Part shown: positions 1 to 13,253 of the stretch, piece after piece
How the letters are laid out: the number at the start of each line of letters is the position of its first letter
Position numbering within the stretch: position 1 is the stretch's first letter
From: Sphagnum compactum
Taxonomy: Eukaryota
DNA length: 64,000 bases
Reading direction: 5' to 3'
Assembly (NCBI GenBank): GCA_965153455.1
Contig: OZ234493.1
Coordinates: 23,116,213 to 23,180,212, forward strand
Notes under the pieces: model-generated
The model's database searches: none
Seen by the model: only the letters and a program-made list of their open reading frames with translations
What the model was told of the DNA's origin: nothing
Program-made: the position numbers and the translations under genes

Positions 1-1533
1 GCACCCAGGAGTTGCATGCTATCTGGCACAAACTCCATGTCTGCAACAAAGTCATCATGTGCTTTAAAGCTGCTGCAGCATACATTTTGTCGTGTGTCCC
101 ACACCTGTTAAGTTTCCAACACCCATGATTATCTGGCCAGAAACACTCCCCCAGCAACAGAAATTTGATTGCAATCATTCTCTTGTCATGTGTCCAACAC
201 CTGTTATGTTTCCAACCCCTGTGATTACTTGACCAGAAATAGTTGGGTAGCAATGGAAACTCAACTGGAATTATCCTCTCAGCAACAATTACTATTCTGT
301 GCAGGAAGATCTTCCCATAAGGATTAAGAAATTCATTCAGAACTTCTCCAATCTTATGAGTTAAATCAACCTGAATAGAAACAAGAGATGACATAATAAA
401 AATGACTTAACAACAGGGAAAAGAGGAACATCAACCGAAGTATAAGAGTGTGATACGAGACTGACATACAAAGGATTACTAATTCTACCATTGTAAGTGG
501 CAATGACAATTTCTGGAATTATCAGTTGCATACATACCTTGATAGTGCCTTCATCATCACCAGATGCAATGGACCAGTCTGTGGCATTGATAATACGATT
601 GATTGCCACCCTTCACACACAACCGTATCTTGCAAATAAGGTTATGGAATACCTAGAACATCAACAAAGTTTGCAACAAAACAAGAGAAACTAAATCCAG
701 TTTCTGTTGGGGTACAGAAGGCTATCATATTACATTCTCAAGAGAGTTCTGGAATGATCCTGAAAGACAAACACATTATGTAACATACCCATGTGCACCA
801 GTAAGACGAGCCACTGCTTGACCAGTCTCAACATCAGTGGCAACTATGGAGCAATCTGGTGAACCTGTCAGAAGCACTACAAGAAAGAGAAACAGGTAGT
901 GAAAGTAAGCAAGTCTCCAATTGTGACAGGCAGGCAGCAAGTTCACAAGAAAGAATATTCAATTCATGTGCACTACGATGATGCAATGGTAGAGGGGGAC
1001 AAACGTACATCGGCCATCACCAGTAAATCGCACAGCACGACAGGATTCACTGTGTGCACTCACATTCCATTTCCTGCCGCAATACCCAATTTTACATAGC
1101 CGTGCCATAAAGAAAATACAAGCTCACTAAGCTGCTTCTTGACCATCATGTGGGAGGATAAAAAAACGAAACTCACCTTTCAGGCTGCCGTCCATCTCCA
1201 TATTCGTAGCTGCATGAGAACACAAGCCTCCTCTCAATCAAACCATATATCTTTCCTCACGGTTTGCAATGCTTGCAGCCACAAGTGATTCCATCAACGA
1301 CAGTGAAAATTCCACGATCACTGCTAAACACTCAAGGACTTAAAGAGGTTGTAAGCAGCGTCGAGGTTTGGAGCAAAACACTTTCCTTTCCGCTTATAGG
1401 TTGCAAGAGAGAGCAAAACTCACAGGTGGAGGCGGCCAGTAATGAGGCTGACAGCGACAAGCGAAGCCGAAGGATGGAATGCGAGATCGAAGGGTTGTGT
1501 GCCCACGTCTATGTCCACTACGGCCTCCCCCAT
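1..1533 (-). CDS. WDR55: WD repeat-containing protein 55-like, 5' part; exons 1424-1533, 1177-1209, 1009-1073, 789-876, 538-610, 1-104 (continues beyond the window)
   Basis: GT-AG splicing keeps one frame: MGEAVVDIDVGTQPFDLAFHPSASLVAVSLITGRLHL-YEYGDGRQPER-KWNVSAHSESCRAVRFTGDGR-LLLTGSPDCSIVATDVETGQAVARLTGAHG-VAINRIINATDWSIASGDDEGTIK-VWDTRQNVCCSSFKAHDDFVADMEFVPDSMQLLG. AHSESCRAVRF, ASGDDEGxIKVWDTR and AHxDF are typical of plant WDR55. Confidence 0.9.
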
Positions 1534-1778
1534 CACTGCTGTTTCTTCCTTGGAATTTGCCTTCTTTGCCTTCGCTGTGCAACACACACTTACACGCACA
1601 CGCAAAGGAGAGGAGGAGGAGGAGGAGAGCTCTTCCTTCGCGTTGGTCTTATTAGGGTTATTCGAGCTTCAAACCCTAAAAACGCTAAAACCCTAGCCGG
1701 TGCATGCAACGTCGTCCTAGGATATTTGTGTTGACGGAGGACGGGAAGTGCAGGAGTGAGACTCGCGGGCTGGTTACA
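1534..1778. promoter_or_regulatory. Short bidirectional promoter with telo-box motifs
   Basis: 245 bp between divergent ATGs (1533 minus, 1779 plus). TTAGGGTT at 1652, AAACCCTAA at 1671, AAACCCTAG at 1688. Confidence 0.65.
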
Positions 1779-2501
1779 ATGGCCATTGCACCGAAGACCA
1801 TGCTGGTACTGCGGCGAGCTATGGCCACGGCATCAGAAGCCACTGCTGTCCAGGCTGCCTCGAAGAAACCAGGGGAAGGACATCCCAAGAGGAAGAACTT
1901 GTTTGACGTGGTGAAGGTGCTTCCGAACTGGGGCTTAGGCAGCAGGGTTGCCAAATCGCATTGGAATCCAGAGACATTCTACAAAATCACCGAGATCAAA
2001 TTGTACAAGGTAAGCCTCTTACTTGTAGTATGCATATGATATTATTTGTAAGAGGGTTTTGTTGCATTGACAAGTAGCTGATTTGTTTTTACTTGCAGGA
2101 TCCAGGCCATGGAGCTGCCTGGGGTATCTATCATGAAGCAGGCAAGCTCCCCTTACCTTGGTCTGTTTATCTTCTTGCCAACTTTCTGTTCTAATTGCGA
2201 ATCATCAGTTGCAGATCGGTAGCATACAGAGCCATATTGCTGTAAACATTATTGAAGATCTGGCTTGGGAAGATAACATGTTGAAAAGAGGAGGCAACTT
2301 CTTTGGCACACAAAGTGAGATTCTGCGGAGGTCACAAAGGAACCCTAAACCGTAAACCATACAATGTTATGTACAGGTGTAGAAGCAGGCAAGTTGCAGA
2401 AGATAGGTGGTGCAAACAAGAGGTGTTGGAAGCACATAGAAGACACAACTTCACAGACTTGGAGAACTGTGGAAAAATCTCAGGTACCATCTGAAGCATG
2501 A
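1779..2501 (+). CDS. Mitochondrial ribosomal protein S34 (mS34)-like; exons 1779-2009, 2099-2141, 2377-2501; 132 aa
   Basis: Spliced product MAIAPKTMLVLRRAMATASE...KRKNLFDVVKVLPNWGLGSRVAKSHWNPETFYKITEIKLYK-DPGHGAAWGIYHEAG-VEAGKLQKIGGANKRCWKHIEDTT...SEA*. LPNWGxG, AKxHW, HGxAWG and KRCW match plant mS34. The Ala/Arg-rich N-terminus fits a mitochondrial presequence. Confidence 0.85.
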
Positions 2502-5500
2502 AGATGGAAGCCTGCTTTGTTTTGCTCGAGTGCAGAATGTAGATCTCCTACAACAAAAGTTACATTGCAAGGACCGGGGCAGCAGCTCCAGGATCAGCAA
2601 AGACATCACAGTGGCAGCGTTATGCAAAACTCATTATGAAACAGTGTTATTGGTTTTGAGAACCACAATCTCTTGGAACAAAAGTACCCCATTTCTCCTA
2701 AATTTCAAATCACAGATCTCCAGTTCCTTGATTTCTCTCTACAAATTAGGCACCTGACCATGGCCACAAATACTAGGCACCAAACTATAGGGAGAGAGCT
2801 ATCCAGGAGAAAGAGAGCTAAAATACCAAACAAGATGAGAAGGGCGAAATTTAGAGGACACTTTAAGATCACATTATTGAGAAAGAGAGCTGAAATGCCA
2901 ACTGGGATGAGAAGGGTTGAAGATGATGAGGACACTTACAGATTGCATTATTCAGACTTCTTCCTATTGGTACTGGTGTGCCAATTTCTGTGTGATCGTC
3001 AATGATGCTGTTGCTGCCATGGCTGGTTCCTCTGCATGTTACTCATCCCCACATGAGAAACAATACAGTGGCAAGAGCAGCTACTGTGAAGTTTCAAAGA
3101 CTCATCAGGTCACTGGACTCCCTTGGTAAGACTGAACTTGCCTCAGACAAATTGTTGGTTATGAACTACTGCACTCCCTCTGATCAAGCATGTTCTCACA
3201 TGTAAGAGATTTGTACATTGTGTGTTGGATGTCAACCGATGCTCTCCTTTCTTTTGAGAACAGAACTTGACATCAGAAGAACCTCCAAAGTTTCACATCC
3301 GAGAGATTAGATGTTTCACATAAGAACTTGATAGGGGGACTGTAATGCTCTGGCAGCAGGCAGTGCACCCTATGAACCCGGGGTGGAGCACAAGTTCCGG
3401 GGTGTAAATCCCTGCCATCAGGGCATTACCCAGCCTAATGATCAAGACAGCGCAGCATGGCGGGGAAATTATGAAACACAATTTCCAGCTATACTGTAAT
3501 TGATATATAAAATGATCTTTGCCGTCAACGGGTGACCAAAAATAATGTGTACCACTTGCTTTTTCCATTTGTGAAGAACAAAAAGATCTCCATCCATGGG
3601 TGACTAGGGTAGAGATATGCCCCCCAGCGAACATCTCTCTGTAATCAAATGTTGGTCTAGTGCAAACTAGTGTTGAAGAATGGTCGCATGCATGTGGATC
3701 AATGTTCAAAAAAGGTCTTATGATTGAACACTTTCATCTTGAGAAATTGTGTTTGGTTCTTTTATTGAAATGGAATGTTGTTTTCGTGTGTGGTTATGGG
3801 TGTTGGAAAAAGACAATAGTAAAAAATCAATAGACATTGTTATATGAAAATATGTTTGGTAATGGGAGAGGAACAACACATTTTCATGCATAAGGTGGAA
3901 AATATTTTAGTCAAGTTTTGAGCATTTGGTTATGGTGTGTTTGGAATAGTCTAAGAAAAGATGTAAGCAATTTTTCTAAAGGCAATGTTTGGTTTACATG
4001 TGGTTTGGACTTATTTTCACAAAACAACATCAATAGATCCATCCAAAAACGATGTTTGGTTGTGGGGGTTTGTTTGTCACATTAAAAGGCATGCAATTGT
4101 TCATAAATAAACCTAAGAAAGTCTTCCCACATTAAATCAACATCTTCTATGCATTTGCAAAATATGAGAAAATATATATACTGGTGATCGATATAACTTA
4201 GCTAATCCCTTACTTTTTTGAATCTCCTTGATGCAACACTTTAGACTATAAATTGTTAGATCCAATGTAATCTAAGTATTTTTTGAACCTTTGGTTGTAA
4301 TTTTGATTTACGATTTCTATCCCTATCTTTGATGATGATTCATTTTTACATGCTTTAGTTTCACCTTGAAATCTAGTGTTTGCAAATCTACTTTTGAATC
4401 TTGCTATAGTTTTCTAACTATTTTACTTTCTTTTTAAGACTTGATTTTTGTACATAGAATTTTATAGTTGACTTACATGATCTATTTCTACTAATTTTTT
4501 TGAATTGTCACTTGTTCCTATATTTCTCAACATTATAACATTAGGACCTAAAAAATTTAAGTAGAATTGAAGTTGTTCTTCTATTTTAGAGGACATACTT
4601 AGAAAGAATTTAAAAGTAAAAATGAATTGCTCATTTGATTTCAACCTCAATTTAAATTTGAACTTGTGCTGAATTTTTTTGGAAGGAAATGCAAAGTGCT
4701 TGGTAGAAATTTGCAAGGGTCCCTCCTTTGGATTATTTGGAGGACTTAAAAACGTGCTTCTTTTTAGGGCTCAAAAATTTTATGTCCTTTGGTGATTTTT
4801 GTGCATTGTATACTTGTTAAATAAAAAATATGTGGCATGAAAATCAAAATAGAACGTTTTGTGTATGATGTATGGGAATTGTGTTGATTTATTATTTGCT
4901 TTCCATGGCATGATTTAAAACGACACTTGGCTCTTTTGATAAAACACTTATATTATAAACTTTTTTGACTTAAAAATTATGATGATGTGGTGGAAATCAA
5001 GGATTGGATCAATGGCCAGCTTGTCCAAATTTTGATGGGAGCAAATAAACAAAGAAATGGTACCTTGAGGCTTACCATGAGGAATTTGTTGTATTATGGG
5101 TGCAATCACAAAAACACAACCCACTACTCTTGGAACTAGTTTTTAAAATTGTGTAAATGGAAGCAAATCATGTGGAAATTTATTGTGAAATGGAAATCTT
5201 TTCATGTAATATCATTTAATATTTTTCAATTAAAGTTGATGTAAATCTTGAAGTGTTTCAAAGAATTTTGGCATGTCTAGAATGACTCTATTAACATTGT
5301 AAACAATTTTAACAATCCTTTTGTAACGTCATATCAATTGACACTTTTTTGAGGTTTTTGAAGCTAACTTTCATGCTTTCAATGCATTATTATTTATCAT
5401 CAATTTTGGTTTTATAATACCATTTTTTGAGAAATATTACCATAATTTCAAATAAATTAATCTTGAATCACTATGGATGGAGTAAAAAATCGAATTTTTA

Positions 5501-7859
5501 ATTTAAAAATATTTTAAAATAATTATAATGATTTGAAAAATCAACTTGAAATTATTTAGACTTATACTTGTAAAGTTAGTTGGAATTTGACTAATTTGTA
5601 ATGAAATAGTTATAATAGAAATATGGACAATGAACAAAATCTTCTAATGTTTCTTTAATAACCACACCACAAAAGGTTGTGGATGTGCATCATGTTTACA
5701 CATTTGCACCTTTACAAAACATGATGTTAGAGGTTGATAATATATTAGTTAAATCTAAAAAAGAGAAATGAAAAATGCTTGTAATTTTGTACCTCTAAAA
5801 CACATAATCTGTGGTTATCATGGGAAAAGTTGGTTTTAAGTTGATGGTTTGGTAAGTTTATGATTAGTCAACCCACCACCATGTCCATTATCTTGTACAT
5901 CTAAGACTTGTTTGTTGTGGTTTTCATGGGAGAAGTTAGGATTGGGTTCATAGTTCAATTAGTGCATGACAAGCTCATTTGCTAGGTCCATATTTATGAT
6001 CTCATTAAGGTCCAAACATGTATTTTGTTAGAGGAAAACACAAGCAAATATGAGTTAACAAATAAAGGATCCAGCTTGGACTTTCAATTTGTTTGTATAC
6101 ATGCATGCAACATTATTGTCAATGACTTTTTAAAGCAAAATGTTATTTAGAAGTCTAAACTAAGTATGTTTCTTGTCTTATTTTTACCTCCCCTTATCAA
6201 CTTCACATGTTTTAAAGGTTAAAGGTCTAAGCTGATTAGAAATGAACCACATTGTTGGTTGCCTAGGGCCCATCTGGGGATATTACTTCCATTTCTTTTG
6301 TTAATGACATGAAAAATATATAAAGTGTAACTTATTGAAAAAACTTAATGTAAAGAGGGTGTTAGAATTGGATTATGAAAGTATATCCAAAATATGCTAA
6401 ACTTGATTGTCAATTGACAAAAAATCTAGGTTTTCCAAAGTACCATAGTACTTTGGTAGCTTTGACAAAATGTTGAAAATTTCAAAAGATAGGTTTTCCA
6501 AATAACAAAATTTTTGTGAAGGAAAATAAAAATGTTTTGGAATATTCCAAAAAAATTATTTTTCGACATCAAATCCTTAAAATTAATTAATTACTTGACA
6601 AAGATGTTTTGAAACCCAACTTATACTACATGACATTTAGGAAGGGTTTTAAAAAGAAATCTTGGTGGCATCTTTTGGAGAGCATTTTAGGCTTTACCAT
6701 GTTTTAAACCAAAGTTGTACAAGGAAAGATTCATTGTTAACTTTTAATGTCATGATTAAAAGAAATGTTATTTTCAAAGTGATATCCTATTAAATAACCA
6801 ATGAATTGTTTAAAACCTATATACCCATTTATCATATATTATTATGATTTATGACATTCACCATAATTTCGTCCTGGTCCACATGATCGCGAACACCACA
6901 AAACCATGACAACTGCCATTGCCAAACACCAAAAAAGAAAAAGTCAAGTTCATGATTAGGAATAGTAGCATAATCAAGAAGAGGACCAACATTAGGGCAA
7001 TGAAAGACATTGTCACAATTAGGAAGAGGACCAAGCTCGTGAACAACATGCCTTGGAAAAAATGATGTAATCATCGTCATTTACAACATGTGTGAGCTTG
7101 TGAGCATGAAGTAAGCTTGAAGAAGCTTGAAGCAAGCCAAACAACACCACCCAAAAAAAGAAGCTAACAACTGATGATGATGAACAAGTTGAGCACAAAC
7201 CATAAACCCTAAAAAATGGCCGAAATTGGAACTGATTTTTTTCAAGAAATCTGATTCGATTTTGGTTTTGTGCTACTTGTGGATCCAGATTGCATTCCAG
7301 TAACCTCTTCAAACTGGGGGGTTGGTTCTCCCCCCCACCCGCCCTTTGTAAATCCTGCAAATGAGACGTACCCTCACTATTGTGGAGGTAAATGACATGA
7401 GACAGATGTGCCTCCATTTGACAGTAAAGCTTTTCTCTGAGTATGTACATTTCACTCAAATTCAAAGGTGGGGGGGAACAACATGCCCTGTTTGTTTGCA
7501 CGTGGACATATGGTGCTTGAGTTTGGCCCAGGTGGCTCTGAGAAACAATCAACCATTTTGCAACTTGAAAAGAGAGAAAAGCAGCTGGAAAAGTTTTGAG
7601 GCAGGCAGTAGTGATTTCATCATTCAACCCCATCTCATCCATTGTCTCATGAAAAAGGCCATATCCTTCCTTCATGGTCCCTTTTGTTTGCTTGAAGAAA
7701 AAGGCAATGGGTCAACCAGAAATATATATATAACACTTTAACTCCTCCAAGAAAATTAGTTGAAGTCAACTTGTCAAAGTAGCTGAGGAAAGGCAAATTA
7801 TGGTATTCCATACATGATGGGTTGCAAATCTGCCAGTTTCTGCACACATGTTTTCTGTT

Positions 7860-7970
7860 CACACTGGGGAACTGGATTTTCTGTGTCCAAACCCCCCTTC
7901 ACACTGGTGAAGTGGATTTTCTGTATCCAACCAAGTTCATACTAGTGAACTGGATTTTATGTATCCAACC
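7860..7970. repeat. Minisatellite, ~3 copies of ~39 bp (acactggtgaactggattttctgtatccaacc...)
   Basis: Three visible diverged copies. Confidence 0.7.
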
Positions 7971-8872
7971 ATTTTTGTAAGTCCCTTTTTTTCACTTTGA
8001 TTTGTCTCAACATTTTCTTCTGCTTCACTAATCTGCATGCCTTGGGTGGACCAGCAGCACCTACACTGGTACCATGGTGAAAAGCCCAAATATTTTTTGA
8101 TTAGTTGCTACTACACGTTCTAAAACTACTCCTAACACTAAATTAGGTCCAATGTCATCATATAGGCTCGAGAGCTAATTATGCCAAGTTCATGGTGACC
8201 ATATTCCTCGTGTGGGGCTCAACAAAATTGGTCCCCGGGACCAATTCCATAGCTCATAAATTTGCAGAAATTTGTTCACCTTTGGGGCTACCAATTTCCC
8301 CCCAAAAGTGTGAGGATGCAAAAGTCAGCATATATTTGGCCCATAGCAAATGTGGTAGAAACTATGAAATTTCTGGAGTTTGAATTCCTTCATGGTCACT
8401 GTTTTGACTGGATTACAAAAAAAGTGTTCCAAATATGACTTATGAAGAAACTCTCAATAAGTTTTGAAATTGGGTAGGCAAGAGCACGTTTTGCTAAAAG
8501 AAGAAATAAAAGGATTTTTTTTTTCCCATCAATACATATTTTTCCATGCTCACCGAAGCTCTCTTCTCATTCACCTTTGACAATAAGTAATGCAAGCCTT
8601 GTGGGGAAGGTTTGAGCAACTATTGCCGACTATTATTAATTGTAAGGGTGGGTGCAATCGGAATTAAACGAGTCAAAAATCATGTTAGATCCAAATGAAA
8701 ATTACAAAAAAATTAGGAAAAGGTTTATGTATCACCATTTGAAAATCATGCTAATCATAGCAAGTTATGTTAAATGATTTATTATGAATATTAAAAAAAT
8801 TAATTAAAAATATTTTTAATTCAATTTTAAGTTTTGGTTTGAATAATAACCTTTGCAAGAGTGCATCCCAAT

Positions 8873-8877
<5 letters not shown>

Positions 8878-8907
<30 letters not shown>
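8878..8907. repeat. (GT)n microsatellite
   Basis: Direct reading. Confidence 0.95.
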
Positions 8908-8910
<3 letters not shown>

Positions 8911-11148
8911 GTGATGTTGCTTAAGTGACAATCATCCATAAATATATTTAGAAAAATTTGGTGATATTCAAAATATGAAAATAAAAAATCTTAAGCAGAC
9001 TTTCATATTTTAAACAATTGTGACAACTTTTGACAATTTCTTTTGGTATTTTTGGTGAATTTGTTTTTTGGGAAAAAACATAGAATTTGTCACAGAATAT
9101 TCTTTTTTAAAAATCCTTTTTGCAAAATAGCAAAAAATAACCACAAAATAAATCAGTGGTGCAACCATTGTGTCCCATAGTGTTCATTTCGTGAAGAGCC
9201 CTTCAAATTTCTTCAAACCAACTTGTTTTAATAGTAAAAAATTGGATGACAAAAAATTACAAGTCACATTAAAATATAGTTACTATTGAAGAAAATGTAT
9301 AGTTTAAATTTAAAAACAAATACATTTGAGTTTTTAATATGTATGAATTTCGAGATTTCTTTGCCATAAATGTTTCTTTTTTCAAATTTGTGAGGTGGGT
9401 GGCATGTTGGTGATTATCCAATAGATAGATGACTTACCCGAATTTGGCTACACACCAGAGAAGATAGTACAAAAGCCTAGATTTCATGCCATAGTTTGGT
9501 GACATGCTACAGCCTAGCGTCTCAAAATGGCAACTTCAAAAAGCTTTTCCTCATACTTTGGGCATAAAGGGTCTTTTTTAGAGTTTGTACTTGTTGCAAG
9601 CCCTTTTTTTTTTGGTCGCCAAGTAGCAAAATTTGCCAAAAAGAAAAGAATTGTTTACCATATGTCAACGGGGTTTAATGTAATTGTTGTACAAAATAAA
9701 ATGTTAGATTGCAATGTTAGATTTCCAAAGAAGTAATAATAAGGGCTTGCCCTAACCAAATTTCCTTTTCTTAGAGTCTAGGTTCCTTCTAACAAACATC
9801 TTCCCCCCGAGACTTCTCAAAGCCTATTCAACCATGTTAATATCTACCAAACATGATAATCTTCCAAGATATTGTTTTGGAAAATACAATGTTTTGATTT
9901 GTTTAAGAAACTATAGAAATGATGGGAAAATGTACATTCCTCTAAGGTAATCATATTGAGAGACAACACTTAAAGTTGAGGAAGTGTTGAGCTTAAAAGT
10001 ACAAGCCATCCATGGGATAAGAGGCAAGTTACTTAAACATGAGTTGGTGGGTGCGCGGGTTACACATCGATCCTAATGCACTTGGAGAAATGTACAAGCC
10101 AATTCACCAGCCACACCAGGGGGAAAAATAAAAGTTGAAATCTTGCACACACATTGCCTTTCTTTTCAAGACTCCAACATCACAAACACTTTTTGTATTA
10201 TTAAGCTGAACACTTCTTGAATGAGATTATATTGTGAGACATGTAAAAATATACAAGGACATGTTTGAAAAAACATTAGACATTTTATTCAAATGCATAG
10301 CAATTGGAATATATTACTTGAGGTCTATCACATGTTTTTTTTTGGGTGATATTTACATAAACACATTCGTCTTCCCTTTGAAGTTAAATTGTTTAGAACT
10401 AGTTCACTAATTGGTTGTTAAACCAAACCTATTTAAGTGTTACGAGAAAAGATAAACATCCAAAACATTGTCAAACATCCATTATTAAGTTGTTGAACTT
10501 CCTTTCTATACTTCGAAACACTCGATTGAAATAAAGGTGACATCTATCCATAAAACATGTATGAAAAAAATTTAAATTCAATTTACAAATTCAAATCCAT
10601 AAAACATCAATTTAAATTCTAAGTAAATAATTAAAGTATCTTAAGCACAAACCAATTTTGAATATATAATTTCACTTTTGAAAGCCCTATTTTTGTGGTT
10701 TGTTGATGAGGCTATGTAAATATGATTGGAGCTTGCTCTCTTCTTTTTGCATCCTTATTATTATTGACTTCAAAGAATGACCTTCCAAGATTCTCATCAC
10801 AAATATAGTGATAGTTCTAGACTCACAAGAGGCAGAGTACCTTTGAGTAAGGATGGTATGTATTATATAGTTTGCAACTCGTGCATCCCACTATTTCTAT
10901 GTGGCCCAACTTGTCCCTTGGACTCACGACCATATTTACTATATACCTTGTAACTCATGTGTCTCACACCCAACTTACTTTTGTGGGTCAAGCTCTTGTG
11001 TGTCCTATATCGTATTGTATTCAGGATTTGGGTAGTTGAAAAGTGAACCCTAGGAAAAGAAAAAAAAACAAGTTTTTAAACCTTGTGATAGCTTGGCACC
11101 ATTTTTAATAAATTATTTAGCGGTATGGTGTCAAAAATGCCTTCAAAA

Positions 11149-11349
11149 TATTGTATTATATTGGTAGGTATTGATTGTTATCATTAATGGATGATAAAAA
11201 AAAAATTGTGGAGATATTGTATTACATTGGTAGGTATTGGTTGTTATAATTAATGGATGATTAAAAAAATAAAAATTGTGAAGATATTGTATTACATTGG
11301 TAGGTATTGATTGTTATCATTAATAGATGATAAAAAATAAAAATTGTGT
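11149..11349. repeat. Tandem repeat, 3 copies of ~65-70 bp
   Basis: Unit atattgtattacattggtaggtattgattgttatcattaatggatgat(a)n-attgtg repeated three times. Confidence 0.85.
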
Positions 11350-12067
11350 TTTTGAACTTGTGATAATCGTAATTCTTTTTGTCATATCGGTGGATGTCTC
11401 CAAATTCTAAATTATTGATTTTGGGATGTGCTCCATTTGTTTTTTCATTCGTCATTTTGAATGATTTCATTCAAAAAAAGAGAGACTTCATGTGAAAACA
11501 ACCCAGCTGTGGAATTTTTGTCTTCAGTGAGATCTCAAATTAGTAGATAGTGGTATCAGAAAATGTTACAAACTTTGCTCATTGCTCATGCCGAGTCCAG
11601 TAATAAGTAAAAATACCCTGCACGGCCCCACCCCACATCACCACTTAATGAATTAATTGCTTCGTATAGACTTATACGAGGAGGAGAAAAGCTGAATTGT
11701 GTGCATGGGAAAAAGAAGGGTCAAACTCCGCAGCCAAATTTGCCCCGACATGGGCACAAATTGAAAAAGTCCACGATTCTCACAAATTGCATCCACGTTA
11801 CTGTGACATACTTAACTAGAAGGGGGAGGAAGGTTAGGGAATGGGGATTTCTCTTGACTTTAGCATTTTGAGAGAACCCTAGAAAAAACAAGAAAACCTC
11901 TCAAGTATGACAAAGTCCAGGTTTTTTGTTGTCGGGGAGGGGGAAAGGGGGAGGTATCAGCGATTTCTTTCAAGGTTTGAAGGTTCAAAACGCCTAAACC
12001 CTAAACGAGAAGTCAAAAAAAAGAAGAAGTCTCTTAAAAACCTACCCATCTTGCACTTATCCTAGTC

Positions 12068-12365
12068 AAGTGTGTGTGTTTTTTTTTTTCCCCCTTCTCA
12101 AGTTTGTGATGTAGCTGCTCTAGCTATTATCCATAGATGATTTAACCAAATTTGGCTATAGGAAAATATGAAAATAAAATAAAATAAAGCATCCTTCTAC
12201 ATATATATTGTTGGATGCCTGCTGGGGAACCTAATATAAAAATATGGTGATATTTTTTCAAAAACATTTATTCTTTAATCGATTATTTGATATTTAGAAA
12301 AACCCAAAAAAACATTATTATTTCATTTTGAAATTAAGTTTTTGCCACTAAGAAAAAAGCCACTG
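12068..12365 (+). mobile_element. Copy of an abundant short dispersed MITE-like family with a palindromic TAGCCAAATTTGGCTA core
   Basis: T-rich 5' end, atccat...gatttaaccaaatttggcta core and A-rich end closing in CACTG. Related copies at about 8.9-9.2k, 9.4-9.65k, 15054-15346, 16.2-16.36k (reverse), 24.4-24.64k, 45.9k, 48.7-48.9k (reverse) and 51.8-52.1k. Boundaries approximate. Confidence 0.6.
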
Positions 12366-13253
12366 ATCCTAGGGTTCTGGCGACAGTTTCATTCGGTCTG
12401 CTTGGTTGACGCGACTAAATGGGCCCCAAGATTTTTGGGAAATTTGATTATTGACAGTACTCAAGACCGGAGTCTATAAGCAGTTTGGTGCCGACACACA
12501 CACTGTTCTTTTTATTCAGTTTTTTTTTTTTAATCATTTTTTATTTTTATGTAGCATTGTCAGCCATCATCCCTAACAATTGGTAAAAAAAGTTTGCCGG
12601 AAACTTTCAAAATTGTAGAAACATGGTGAAAAAAATGGCCCCCAAAAGTATAGAGAAGGTGTCTTCCTTTTTTTTCCCCTGTATCTTTTGAATTTTGTGG
12701 TTTCTAAAGTTTAGCTATTTTTTTCCAAAATGTAGGCAATTTTGGCAATGAGGCTAAAAATTGTTTCTCGAAATTGTGGCAATTTAAAAAAATTAAAATG
12801 TTTTTTTGACAAAAGACTTTTTTTTAAAAGATTGAAAATTGAGGAAATTTTCTTTTTTTACAAAAACTAATATTTAGGGAATGCCTGGGGCTTTGAATCC
12901 CAAATATTCTCACTCTCTTATTTAGATGACAATAATCCAAGTACCTAGTCAGAGTCTATCATGTTTTTCTAAGGAAAAAATTATATAGTTATTATTATTA
13001 TTATGGTTTCTAAGAAACTTTATTGTGATACTAATAATAAGCAAGAAAAAACAATTAATTAATTCACCAAATAGAACGAAAAGCTCCAAACTTGAAACCT
13101 TTCAATGTGTGAATGCCAGTGACGACTTTGTGGAAAGAGAACATCCATGAAACATCTCAACAAACTATTATTCCTGTTGAGTTACTGTCAACAGTAAATG
13201 TTCTCTCCCCGGCAGAGACTGGTCCACCCCATTCGGACTGGCATAAAAACCGC

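Noticed and set aside
2705-2935. Hydrophobic minus-strand ORF that looks like a membrane protein
   Set aside because: The hydrophobicity is the expected antisense reading of a purine-rich tract. No splice or family support.
7019-7675. 218-aa minus-strand ORF
   Set aside because: No recognisable domain or gene structure. It runs into low-complexity sequence in a repeat-rich region.
11660-11681. loxP-like palindrome CTTCGTATA-GACT-TATACGAGG
   Set aside because: The spacer is 4 bp rather than 8, the arms are incomplete, and there is no partner site or recombinase. Likely a chance hairpin.
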